In this document: positions 49,296 through 58,497 of the stretch, one piece after another
How positions within the stretch are numbered: position 1 is the stretch's first letter
How the letters are laid out: every line of letters starts with the position of its first letter
NCBI GenBank assembly: GCA_965207885.1
Contig: OZ242311.1
Location: forward strand, 2,944,001 to 3,008,000
Direction: 5' to 3'
Source: Candidatus Latescibacterota bacterium
GTDB lineage: Bacteria; Latescibacterota; UBA2968
Length of the DNA stretch: 64,000 nucleotides
Notes under the pieces: generated by a model
What the model saw: the letters and a program-made list of their open reading frames with translations, nothing else
Database searches by the model: none
Told to the model about the DNA's origin: nothing
Made by a program: the position numbers and the translations under genes

Positions 49296-50594
49296 ATGCG
49301 AATTGCTTATATTGCCGCAGGTGCGGCGGGCATGTATTGTGGCAGTTGTATTCACGACAATGCGCTGGCCTCTGCGCTTCAGCGCAAGGGAATAGATTTC
49401 GCGCTTATTCCGACGTACACACCGCTGCGGACCGATGAACCGGGCGCGAGTATTGATCGAGTGTTTTACGGCGGCGTAAATGTTTATCTCCAGCAGAAAA
49501 TGGGTATTTTTCGGCACACGCCCTCTTTTGTCGATAGATTATTGAATAGCCGAGCACTGCTCAATAGTCTCGCCCGTTTTAGTGGATCAACGCGTGCGGA
49601 AGACCTCGGCGCGCTCACTGTATCGGTTTTAGAGGGGGAAGATGGCGCACAAAAAAAAGAACTCGCAAAGCTGGTGCGCTGGTTGAAAGAGGATTTTAGA
49701 CCAGATCTTGTGCAATTGACCAATTCGATGTTTTTGGGCATGGCGAGAGAAATGAAACGGGAACTCGGTATTCCCGTTTTGTGCTCTCTGCAAGGGGAAG
49801 ATATTTTCCTCGAAGGATTGATAGAACCGTATAAATCGGAGGCGCAGCAGTGCTTGCGAGATCGAGCAAGAGATGTCGATGGATTTGTAGCCACTTGTGA
49901 TTATTATGCCGATTTTATGGCTGGTTATCTCGATGTACCGCGCAATCGCATTCACGTTGCGTCTTTGGGTATCAAATTAGACGGACATGGAGAAAGCGAT
50001 GTAAAGCCAGACCCGTTGCCTTTTGCGATTGGTTATCTCGCTCGCATATGTCCCGAGAAGGGGTTGCATGCGCTGGTTGATGCGTTTCATCAACTGGCTG
50101 AGCAAGTCGGCAAAGAAAATGTAAAACTCAGTGTTGCCGGTTATCTCGGACAAAGAGACGCGCCGTATTTTCAGCACGTATGCGAACAAGTCGCATCCCG
50201 GGGACTTTCCGATGTTTTTGATTATCGCGGGGAAGTCAATCGAGAAGAAAAAATTGCATTCCTGAATAGCATCCATATCTTGTCCGTACCTACGCCTTAT
50301 AAAGAACCCAAAGGGCTATCGTTGCTCGAAGCTATGGCCAATGGCGTTCCCGTTGTTCAGCCCCGGCACGGTATTTTTCCAGAATGGATTGAAAAAACGG
50401 GTGGGGGAATTCTGGTAGAGCCAGATTCTTCAGAGGCACTGGCGGCAGGGTTGCTGCGGATGATGAACGACAAAGAGGGACGGGAGGCGATGGGGCAAAA
50501 AGGGAAAGAAGCTGTACATCAAAATTTTAGCGACGACGATATGGCGGAAGCAACACTGGCGGTATATCGTCAGTATGTGACGGATTCAACTTAA
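49296..50594 (+). CDS. Glycosyltransferase family 4 with N-terminal CxxC
   Basis: MYCGSC, RICPEKG, EPKGLSLLEAMANGVPVV. Confidence 0.87.
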   Translation: MRIAYIAAGAAGMYCGSCIHDNALASALQRKGIDFALIPTYTPLRTDEPGASIDRVFYGGVNVYLQQKMGIFRHTPSFVDRLLNSRALLNSLARFSGSTRAEDLGALTVSVLEGEDGAQKKELAKLVRWLKEDFRPDLVQLTNSMFLGMAREMKRELGIPVLCSLQGEDIFLEGLIEPYKSEAQQCLRDRARDVDGFVATCDYYADFMAGYLDVPRNRIHVASLGIKLDGHGESDVKPDPLPFAIGYLARICPEKGLHALVDAFHQLAEQVGKENVKLSVAGYLGQRDAPYFQHVCEQVASRGLSDVFDYRGEVNREEKIAFLNSIHILSVPTPYKEPKGLSLLEAMANGVPVVQPRHGIFPEWIEKTGGGILVEPDSSEALAAGLLRMMNDKEGREAMGQKGKEAVHQNFSDDDMAEATLAVYRQYVTDST

Positions 50595-50607
50595 CACGGG
50601 GGGGCAA

Positions 50608-51099
50608 ATGCCGACTTCATCTTCTGGACTTACGTGGTTGATTTTTGCGTTGTTGACTGTGGGATCGTGGGGTTTGTACGGGATTTTTCTGCACACCGGG
50701 CAGATCGCTATGGGCGATCCCGAAAATGGACGCTATAAGGCGTTTCTGTTTGTGGGTATTGCCTATCTTGTGACGGCTGTTATTGGATCTCTCATCGTGC
50801 TGGCGATCAACGGGTCGGACTGGTCATTTCCGACAAAGGGGCTGACCTGGTCGCTGCTGGCTGGTACTGTGGGTGCTATTGGCGCGTTTGGTGTGCTCCT
50901 CGCCTTTGGTGCAAAGGGGACGCCGCCCGTGGTTATGTCCATTGTTTTTGCTGGCGCGCCTATGGTCAATGCCGTCGTATCCCTCATCTTGCATCCGCCA
51001 GCAGGTGGGTGGGGCGGTTTGAACTGGCAATTTGTGTTGGGCATTATACTGGCCGCGCTGGGAGGTTGTCTGGTGACCTTATTTAAACCTTCGTCTTGA
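50608..51099 (+). CDS. Small DMT/EamA-like membrane protein
   Basis: About five Gly-rich TM helices, WGLYG, VF.GAP.VN. Confidence 0.65.
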   Translation: MPTSSSGLTWLIFALLTVGSWGLYGIFLHTGQIAMGDPENGRYKAFLFVGIAYLVTAVIGSLIVLAINGSDWSFPTKGLTWSLLAGTVGAIGAFGVLLAFGAKGTPPVVMSIVFAGAPMVNAVVSLILHPPAGGWGGLNWQFVLGIILAALGGCLVTLFKPSS

Positions 51100-51108
51100 T
51101 TGAGCACT

Positions 51109-51525
51109 ATGCACAGTGAATTTCACACCACTCGCAGGGTAGAATTTTCCGATACGGACATGGCCGGGATTGTACACTTTTCCCGGTTTTTTGTCTTTAT
51201 GGAAGCGGCCGAGCACGCTTTCTTGCGCGCGTTGGGGACGAGTGTTTCAACAGAATGGGATGGAAATAAAATTGGATGGCCGAGGTTGGAGGCGACGTGT
51301 ACATATCTCAGTCCGGTCGTATTTGAAGATGTGCTGGATATTCATCTGAAGGTGATACGCAAGGGCACAAAATCGCTGACCTATCGGTTTGATTTTTTTC
51401 GCGGAGAGATGGCGATTGCCAGTGGAGAATTGAGTACGGTATGTTGTATATGCAATCCCGGTGAAAAAATCAGGTCCATACCGATTCCAGATTTTATTGC
51501 GGATCAGATACAGGTCTCGGAATAG
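51109..51525 (+). CDS. Hot-dog acyl-CoA thioesterase (4HBT/YbgC-like)
   Basis: RVEFSDTDMAGIVHF..F..FME. Confidence 0.88.
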   Translation: MHSEFHTTRRVEFSDTDMAGIVHFSRFFVFMEAAEHAFLRALGTSVSTEWDGNKIGWPRLEATCTYLSPVVFEDVLDIHLKVIRKGTKSLTYRFDFFRGEMAIASGELSTVCCICNPGEKIRSIPIPDFIADQIQVSE

Positions 51526-51544
51526 TATATCTAAGAGGTCCAGA

Positions 51545-52198
51545 ATGGCACTAAAAGTTGAGCAGCTTTCTAAACACTTCGGCGATGTAAATGTTCTGCA
51601 GAATATATCCTTTGAAATGGCGGCGGGGCAATCGCTGAGTGTTATGGGACCTTCGGGGTCGGGGAAAAGCACCCTGTTGCATGTGCTGGGTACGCTGGAC
51701 CGACCATCTGAGGGTAGCCTCAAAATTGAGGGAGAGGACCCCTTTGCATTATCTGAAAACGAACTCGCGCGGTTTAGAAATCAGGGGATTGGATTTGTGT
51801 TTCAAGAGCACCATCTTTTGCCGCAATATTCGGTTCTGGAAAATGTTTTGATCCCGACGCTGGCATTTCGAAATGGCGATGCGCGAGACCGCGCCCGAGA
51901 GATTATTCATCGCGTGGGCTTGTCGCATCGCATTGATCACCGGCCCGCTGAATTATCCGGCGGCGAGCGACAGCGCACAGCTGTTGCGCGTGCCCTCATC
52001 AATTCTCCAGCATTGCTCTTGTGCGACGAACCAACAGGTAGCCTGGATGGGGCGCGAGCAGAGGAAATAGCCAATCTGCTGTTTGAATTGCACAAGCGAG
52101 AAAATAATATTCTGATCTGCGCGACGCACAGTTCGGTACTCGCTCATCGCTTTGAGCGGCGGTTTGATCTACAGGGGGGAACGTGCGTCGAAGTCTGA
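51545..52198 (+). CDS. ABC transporter ATPase (LolD/MacB type)
   Basis: GPSGSGKS, GFVFQ, LSGGERQR, CDEPTG. Confidence 0.93.
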   Translation: MALKVEQLSKHFGDVNVLQNISFEMAAGQSLSVMGPSGSGKSTLLHVLGTLDRPSEGSLKIEGEDPFALSENELARFRNQGIGFVFQEHHLLPQYSVLENVLIPTLAFRNGDARDRAREIIHRVGLSHRIDHRPAELSGGERQRTAVARALINSPALLLCDEPTGSLDGARAEEIANLLFELHKRENNILICATHSSVLAHRFERRFDLQGGTCVEV

Positions 52199-55100
52199 TC
52201 TATTTCTGGCGAATTAATCTGGCTGTTATGCTCGGCGTGGCAGTGGCGACAGCTGTTCTGACAGGTGCTTTGATCGTGGGTGATTCCGTGCGCGGCAGCT
52301 TGCGGGATTTGTCGCTGAGTCGTCTGGGCAAAATTGACCACGCTCTGGTATCCGAGCGATTTTTTCGCGCACATCTGGAGCGCGATCTGGAGCGTGAACT
52401 CGACACTCAGGATGTTGTATCGGCTATCAGTCTGAGTGGAACAGCTGTTCACGCAAGATCGAATACGCGGGCTTCTCGCGTTCAAATTCAGGGTATTGAC
52501 AATCGCTTTGCAAATCTGTTTGATCAAATACTGCCCGAGTTGACGATCGAGGGAATATTTCCATCGGTTGTTGTCAACGAATCCCTCCAAAAAGAACTCA
52601 ATGCACAGATTGGCGATGCCATTCTGTTGTCTTTTGAACAATCAGATGATATTCACCGCGAATCGCTATTTGGACGTGCTGATGGTGCAGTTCAAACAAT
52701 TCGACTGACGCTCGCAGGCGTGCTTCCCGATAGGGGAATGGGGCGCTTTGGTCTTTTCGCCCGCCAGACCGTTCCACTCAATGCATACCTGTCGCTGCCA
52801 GTTTTGCAAAAAGCGTTGGGGCAAAGAGGCCGCGTGAATACACTGCTGGTGTCGGGTGATTCTGATACAGACGTTCAGGAAGTACTTTCCCGCGTTGCAA
52901 CGCCCGATGATCTCGGCATTATCATCCGCCGAGAGACCGATTATTTCGCTATTGAGAGCACGCAGTTTATTCTCAAATCCCATATTGCGGAAACTATTCA
53001 ACAAGTATCTGCTGAATTAAACGCGCCCCATATGTCCATTCTCACCTATCTGGCGAATACCACGCAGGTGGGGGAGAGAGAATTGCCCTATTCTACAATT
53101 TCTGCGTTAGATGTTGGGAATTTGGGGACTTTTCAGCTTGTAGATGGATTACTACAACTCGGGGAAGACGATATTTTGCTGAATACCTGGGCGGCTGAGG
53201 ATTTGAACGCACAGGTTGGCGATGAAGTGAAAGTTGCCTATTACGAAGTCGCTCCTGGGGAAAAACTCCTGACCCGTTGGGCGATATTTCAGCTCAAGGG
53301 CATTGTTGCAATGGCGGGATTGGGCGCAGATGAAAAGTTGTCTCCCGATTATCCTGGCCTTGGTGATGCAAATAATATGGCAGATTGGGAAGCCCCCTTT
53401 CCCATAGATCTGAGTCGCGTTCGTCCCGAGGATGAAGATTATTGGGATACCTATCGCGATGCGCCAAAAGCCTTTGTATCCGCCGCGACTGGGCAGCGAT
53501 TGTGGCAAAGTCGATTTGGCGTATTAACCGCCATACGCATTGGGGCTATTGCGGGAGAAGATATCGAAACAACGGCGAAACGATTTGAGGATCGCTTGCT
53601 GAAAAACATCGCGCCCGAATCGGCTGGTCTGATATTTCAGCCCGTCAAACAGCAGGGCCTGGCCGCTTCTGCAGGGGCAACGGACTTTAGCGGGCTGTTT
53701 ATTGCATTCAGCCAATTTTTGATTATCTCCGCGGCTCTTCTGGTCGGATTATTATTTCGCCTGAGTGTGGAGCAGCGGGGCAGAGAAGTCGGGATGCGGA
53801 TGGTATCGGGATATTCGGGAAAAAAAATTCGCCGACTCTTTAGTTGCGAGAGCCTTGTGCTGGCCGGTGTGGGCGGTATCACAGGGCTAATAGGCGGTGT
53901 TTTCTATGCCTATCTGATTATAGTGGGATTGCGCACTTATTGGGTTGGCGCGGTTGGTACGTCTGATCTCGCGCTCCACATCCACGCATCGAGTTTGTTG
54001 CTGGGCTATGCTATTTCACTGATCGTGATCCTGCTGGCAATCTGGCTCACGCTGCGCCGTTTGGGCAATATTTCTGTTCGCGCATTATTATCGGGTGTTA
54101 CGGAAGTGGTGCGCGCAAAGTCGCGCACCAAATGGTATGCCCTGGTCAGCCTTATCCTCGCCGCGCTCAGTCTGGGGGGCGCTGTGGCGGTGGATCCATC
54201 AGCGGGTACGGGTTTGTTTTTCGTTAGTGGTGCGCTGTGGATGGTTTCGGGATTGTGCTTTCTCTCGCTCTGGTTCAGGCGCGGGCATCGCTCTGTGAGA
54301 GAAGGTATTATTGGGATGGGGGTGCAAAATAGCAAGCGGCAGCCCGCGCGAAGTTTGCTGTGTGCCTCACTCATCGGTTGTGCGTGTTTTGTCATTGTTG
54401 CAGTAGGCGCGAACAGGCGAACTGATCTGACTCAAAATATCGCGCAGGACAAAGCCTCTGGCACGGGAGGCTTTGCTCTCATCGCCGAAGTTGATGTGCC
54501 GATTTATCGGGATTTCAATTCAAAAGAAGGACAATTTGAACTCGGGTTTTCGCAAACAGATGCAGAACTTTTGAATCAGGCGCAGTTCATCCCGCTGCGC
54601 GTTTTGCCGGGTGAAGATGCGAGTTGCCTCAATCTTTACAAGCCCGACAGCCCGCGCGTTCTGGGTGTTCCCGAAGCTTTGCGTCAGCGAGGTGGTTTTA
54701 CGTTTCAGCAAACGAGTACCGAAGTGGAAAATCCCTGGACTCTATTATCCGAGGATTTGGGTGCAGATGTGATCCCGGCAATTGGGGATTACAATTCGGC
54801 TATGTGGATCTTGCACAAGCAATTAGGCGATGATATTGTGTTGCAGAATGAGATGGGGGGAACAGTCAAGTTGAGACTGGTGGGCTTGTTAAAGACGAGT
54901 ATTTTTCAAAGTGAATTGCTGATTTCCGAAGACAATTTTTTGCGGCACTTTCCCGACCAGAGTGGGTATGGTGCTTTTCTCGTTGAAACACAACAACCCG
55001 TTCAGCTTACTGCGCTTGTGGAAAGCCGATTAAAAGATATCGGGTTAGACGCCGTATCTACAACACAAAAACTCGCGCATTTTCAGGAGGTCGAAAACAC

Positions 55101-55482
55101 GTATCTCTCCACCTTTCAAACACTGGGGGGATTGGGCCTGCTGTTGGGCACGCTCGGGTTGGGAATCGTTCTATTGAGAAATGTTATTGAAAGACGCGGT
55201 GAATTGGCGGTTCTGCGAGCCTTTGGCTTTCGCCGCGCTGTGCTGTCGCGCATGTTGCTCGCGGAGAATGGGTTTTTAATGCTCGTGGGTCTGGCTATTG
55301 GCAGCGTCTCCGCGCTTATTGCAGTAGCGCCCCATGTCATGAGCTATGGTGCGTTAATTCCTTGGGGATCGCTGGCTCTCACGCTTGTCATCATATACGG
55401 CGCGGGCCTCATCGCAAGCGCGATAGCTGTTTTCTTCGCCCTGCGAGCACCTTTATTGCCCGCGTTGAAACAGGAGATGTGA
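52183..55482 (+). CDS. Large FtsX/MacB-type ABC permease with two periplasmic domains
   Basis: TGALIVGDS, EQR.RE.G, ERRGELAVLRAFGF; GTG start overlaps the ATPase. Confidence 0.87.
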   Translation: MRRSLIYFWRINLAVMLGVAVATAVLTGALIVGDSVRGSLRDLSLSRLGKIDHALVSERFFRAHLERDLERELDTQDVVSAISLSGTAVHARSNTRASRVQIQGIDNRFANLFDQILPELTIEGIFPSVVVNESLQKELNAQIGDAILLSFEQSDDIHRESLFGRADGAVQTIRLTLAGVLPDRGMGRFGLFARQTVPLNAYLSLPVLQKALGQRGRVNTLLVSGDSDTDVQEVLSRVATPDDLGIIIRRETDYFAIESTQFILKSHIAETIQQVSAELNAPHMSILTYLANTTQVGERELPYSTISALDVGNLGTFQLVDGLLQLGEDDILLNTWAAEDLNAQVGDEVKVAYYEVAPGEKLLTRWAIFQLKGIVAMAGLGADEKLSPDYPGLGDANNMADWEAPFPIDLSRVRPEDEDYWDTYRDAPKAFVSAATGQRLWQSRFGVLTAIRIGAIAGEDIETTAKRFEDRLLKNIAPESAGLIFQPVKQQGLAASAGATDFSGLFIAFSQFLIISAALLVGLLFRLSVEQRGREVGMRMVSGYSGKKIRRLFSCESLVLAGVGGITGLIGGVFYAYLIIVGLRTYWVGAVGTSDLALHIHASSLLLGYAISLIVILLAIWLTLRRLGNISVRALLSGVTEVVRAKSRTKWYALVSLILAALSLGGAVAVDPSAGTGLFFVSGALWMVSGLCFLSLWFRRGHRSVREGIIGMGVQNSKRQPARSLLCASLIGCACFVIVAVGANRRTDLTQNIAQDKASGTGGFALIAEVDVPIYRDFNSKEGQFELGFSQTDAELLNQAQFIPLRVLPGEDASCLNLYKPDSPRVLGVPEALRQRGGFTFQQTSTEVENPWTLLSEDLGADVIPAIGDYNSAMWILHKQLGDDIVLQNEMGGTVKLRLVGLLKTSIFQSELLISEDNFLRHFPDQSGYGAFLVETQQPVQLTALVESRLKDIGLDAVSTTQKLAHFQEVENTYLSTFQTLGGLGLLLGTLGLGIVLLRNVIERRGELAVLRAFGFRRAVLSRMLLAENGFLMLVGLAIGSVSALIAVAPHVMSYGALIPWGSLALTLVIIYGAGLIASAIAVFFALRAPLLPALKQEM

Positions 55483-55488
55483 GGCGCG

Positions 55489-57024
55489 TTAATTTATTTT
55501 TTTAAGTGAAAGTTCATAGCACGCTGCTTCTCGATCATTTCGCACGAGGAGATAGGGCGCGGCAAGTGTGGGCGCATTCCAGGTATGGCTGCCCAGGGCG
55601 GGGAAGCGCGCGCGTTCATTGTGTTCAATTGGCGAGGCATCGACGAGCACGACATCGCCCGATTCGGTCTGGATGAGCAAGAGGTCATCTACGAGAATGA
55701 GTTGTCCGTGCCCGTAGCGCCCTCGCTTCCATTTGCGTTGCCCATCCGCCAGATCCAAACACACGAGGACGCCGTCGTCCAGTCCGTAAATATACCCGTC
55801 TTTATAGACCATATTGGCAAATTTGGCTTTGAGACGAGGGCTTTTCCATATCCGTTTGGCAGTAAATTCATCCCGACTGTTTTTCGCAATTTGAATCAAT
55901 TCACTGCCGATACCATAACCTGTTGATACAAAGATGCTGTCTCCGGGCAGTGGAATGGGTTGGGCAACGTGTTGCGTCATCCCACCAGTCCAGGGATATT
56001 CCCATAGCAACTTGCCGGAAATTGGATCGTGACCCGCGACTTGCCCCCTGTTAAAAATGAGTAATTGATCCATTCCCGCTATGGAGGCCAAACTGGGCGA
56101 GCTATGCCCTGCTCTTGTACGGCCACCTCCCCAGATAATAGTACCGGTTTCTCTGTCATAAGCCATCAGCGATTGCTCATTTCGTCCGCCCGGACTCACG
56201 ATCACTTTGTCGTCTAAAACGAGAGGCGAACCGCTCATGCCCCATTCTTTAACGCGCGCATTGGTTTCTTTCACGGTGTCGCGTGACCAGATTTCTCGAC
56301 CGGTTTCCAAATCGAGACAGGTGAGGATGCCGGTTGCGCCAAAAGAATAAACGCGGTTGTTCGATATGGTTGGCGTGGCTCGCGGACCAATTCCGGCAAT
56401 CGCGGTTTCATATCGCGCACGCGCGCTGTGACGCCATTTCTCTTTTCCGGTCAAGAGGTCGTAACAGGCAACGGTTTCGTCTTCGCCTTTTTGCTCTTGA
56501 GTCACGGCAGAGCGGCCAACAACGGCAAAGGCGGAATAGGCCTCACCGACGGGTACGCGCCAGAGTAATTTGGGGGGATTTTGAACCCAATCGGACTCCA
56601 GTTTTATTCCATTGAGTATGGCGTTGCGGTGTGGACCCAAAAATTGAGGATAGTCTGTATCGGGACCATCTGAAGACTGTCCCGACACGGATATCGCTGT
56701 AACAGAAGACCAGCGCCACTCTATCTTGGGAGCCAGATCGCCCGTAAAACCGCGAATTTGAAATAATGAAACTGTCAGGATGATCAGGAGTATAAGAATA
56801 CTTAGACCCCGCAGGCGGATTTTTCGACTCGCTCGGGAAAAAGCAAAGAACCAGAGACAGAGCAAAATAGAGCCGATTGAGCAGACGAGTATGGTCGGCA
56901 TAACCTGCATCTGGCGGTTTGGCCTGTCGGGAATCCAGATTGCCGATAATACAATGATCATCAATGCGGCGATCGCAATAGCGGGCCACCATCGAATGGG
57001 TTTGGGATAAAGAGGAGCAGGCAT
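55489..57024 (-). CDS. Membrane-anchored PQQ-like beta-propeller protein
   Basis: Three N-terminal TM helices, DYPQFLGP.RN, GPRATP, TWNAP. Confidence 0.85.
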   Translation of the reverse strand: MPAPLYPKPIRWWPAIAIAALMIIVLSAIWIPDRPNRQMQVMPTILVCSIGSILLCLWFFAFSRASRKIRLRGLSILILLIILTVSLFQIRGFTGDLAPKIEWRWSSVTAISVSGQSSDGPDTDYPQFLGPHRNAILNGIKLESDWVQNPPKLLWRVPVGEAYSAFAVVGRSAVTQEQKGEDETVACYDLLTGKEKWRHSARARYETAIAGIGPRATPTISNNRVYSFGATGILTCLDLETGREIWSRDTVKETNARVKEWGMSGSPLVLDDKVIVSPGGRNEQSLMAYDRETGTIIWGGGRTRAGHSSPSLASIAGMDQLLIFNRGQVAGHDPISGKLLWEYPWTGGMTQHVAQPIPLPGDSIFVSTGYGIGSELIQIAKNSRDEFTAKRIWKSPRLKAKFANMVYKDGYIYGLDDGVLVCLDLADGQRKWKRGRYGHGQLILVDDLLLIQTESGDVVLVDASPIEHNERARFPALGSHTWNAPTLAAPYLLVRNDREAACYELSLKKIN

Positions 57025-57097
57025 AAAATTCCTTTTTTTAGTTGTTAGATGTTAGTCCGCCAAATCTCTATCTCCAACGTAAATAAAAAAGAAAGGT

Positions 57098-57126
57098 TTG
57101 ACAACCATTCATTAAACAGATATTTT
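57098..57126 (+). promoter_or_regulatory. Sigma70-type promoter candidate
   Basis: TTGACA-N17-TATTTT upstream of an AGGAG RBS and ATG 57172. Confidence 0.55.
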
Positions 57127-57171
57127 GGATCTCTAAATTGCAAAATATCACATCACAGAAAGGAGTTTGCG

Positions 57172-58485
57172 ATGAAGAAATGGATTTTGATTTTGATGGG
57201 TTTTTGTCTCATTCCGATTTTGGTTCAGGCAAAACACCATGCGGCGAAGGAAACACAGAATTGGCCCCACCTGCGGGGACCGAATGTAAATGGACTGGTG
57301 GATACGGGCAATCCTCCCGTGGAATGGAGCGAAGATACCAATATCCGATGGAAAGTAAAAATTCCGGGTACGGGTCACGCCACGCCCATTATATGGGGCG
57401 ATAAAATTTTTGTCCAGACTGCGGTTAAGACCGACAAAACCGTAGAAGTTGCCCAGACAGCCAGAAAGCCGTTGCCCACTCATATCTATCACTTTAAGCT
57501 GCTTGCACTGGATCGCAAAAGTGGCGATGTGGTGTGGGAAAAGACCGTGCGCGAGGCATTGCCCCACGAAGGCACCCATAAAACGGCTAATTATGCTGCC
57601 ACATCGGGTGTTACGGACGGCGAGCATCTGTACGCCTTTTTCGGTTCATGGGGACTTTACTGTTTTGACTTTGATGGCAATTTGAAATGGGATAAGGACC
57701 TGGGCGATATGAGAGTTGCAGGTTCTTTCGGAGAAGGTTCATCGCCGACGATTCACGGCAATACGCTGATTATCAATTGGGATCACCAGGGCAATTCGTT
57801 TATTGTCGCGCTGGATAAACGCACGGGTGAGGAAATCTGGCGCACGGCGCGACGGGAAAGAACGACGTGGACCACACCGATCGTTGTCGAACACAAGGGC
57901 ACGCAACAGATTATTGTGGGCGCGAGTGGAAAGACCCGAAGTTACGATCTCAAAACCGGCGATGTCTTGTGGGAATGCGCGGGACTGGGGTCAAATGTCA
58001 TTCCCACCGCTGTCTATGCCGATGGCATCGTCTATGTTACAAGCGGTCATAGAGACCCGGCCATGCAGGCGATTTCACTCGACAAAGCCAAAGGCGATAT
58101 TACGGGTACAGATGCCATTCTGTGGACTGTTACTGGCAACTACACCCCTTATGTTTCCTCGCCTCTTCTTTCCGGAAACAATATCTATAGCATGAGAAAA
58201 ACTTCTAACATTTTGTTCTGTTTCAATGCCAAAACAGGCGAAATGGTTTTCGGTCCCGAGCGACTCCAGGGCCTGAATCGCATATATGCCCCGCTGGTTG
58301 GCACAAGCGACCGCATTTACCTCGCCGGGCTGGCCGGCATGACATTTGTGATCAAGAACGGCAGCGAATTTGAAGTGCTCGCAAAAAATAAACTCGACGA
58401 GGGCACTGGCGCATCTCCCATTATCGCGGGCGACGAGTTGTATTTGCGCGGCAGTGAACATCTTTATTGTATTGCTGCAAATTAA
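57172..58485 (+). CDS. Exported PQQ-like beta-propeller protein
   Basis: Signal peptide, NWPHLRGP..NG, W.E..NIRWK, FGEGSSP. Confidence 0.87.
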   Translation: MKKWILILMGFCLIPILVQAKHHAAKETQNWPHLRGPNVNGLVDTGNPPVEWSEDTNIRWKVKIPGTGHATPIIWGDKIFVQTAVKTDKTVEVAQTARKPLPTHIYHFKLLALDRKSGDVVWEKTVREALPHEGTHKTANYAATSGVTDGEHLYAFFGSWGLYCFDFDGNLKWDKDLGDMRVAGSFGEGSSPTIHGNTLIINWDHQGNSFIVALDKRTGEEIWRTARRERTTWTTPIVVEHKGTQQIIVGASGKTRSYDLKTGDVLWECAGLGSNVIPTAVYADGIVYVTSGHRDPAMQAISLDKAKGDITGTDAILWTVTGNYTPYVSSPLLSGNNIYSMRKTSNILFCFNAKTGEMVFGPERLQGLNRIYAPLVGTSDRIYLAGLAGMTFVIKNGSEFEVLAKNKLDEGTGASPIIAGDELYLRGSEHLYCIAAN

Positions 58486-58497
58486 AAGAGGATAGCT

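Noticed and set aside
29485-58485. Labelling the propellers as BamB or as classical PQQ dehydrogenases
   Set aside because: No lipobox or bam/der context, six divergent copies, no vicinal disulfide motif and no pqq genes in the window
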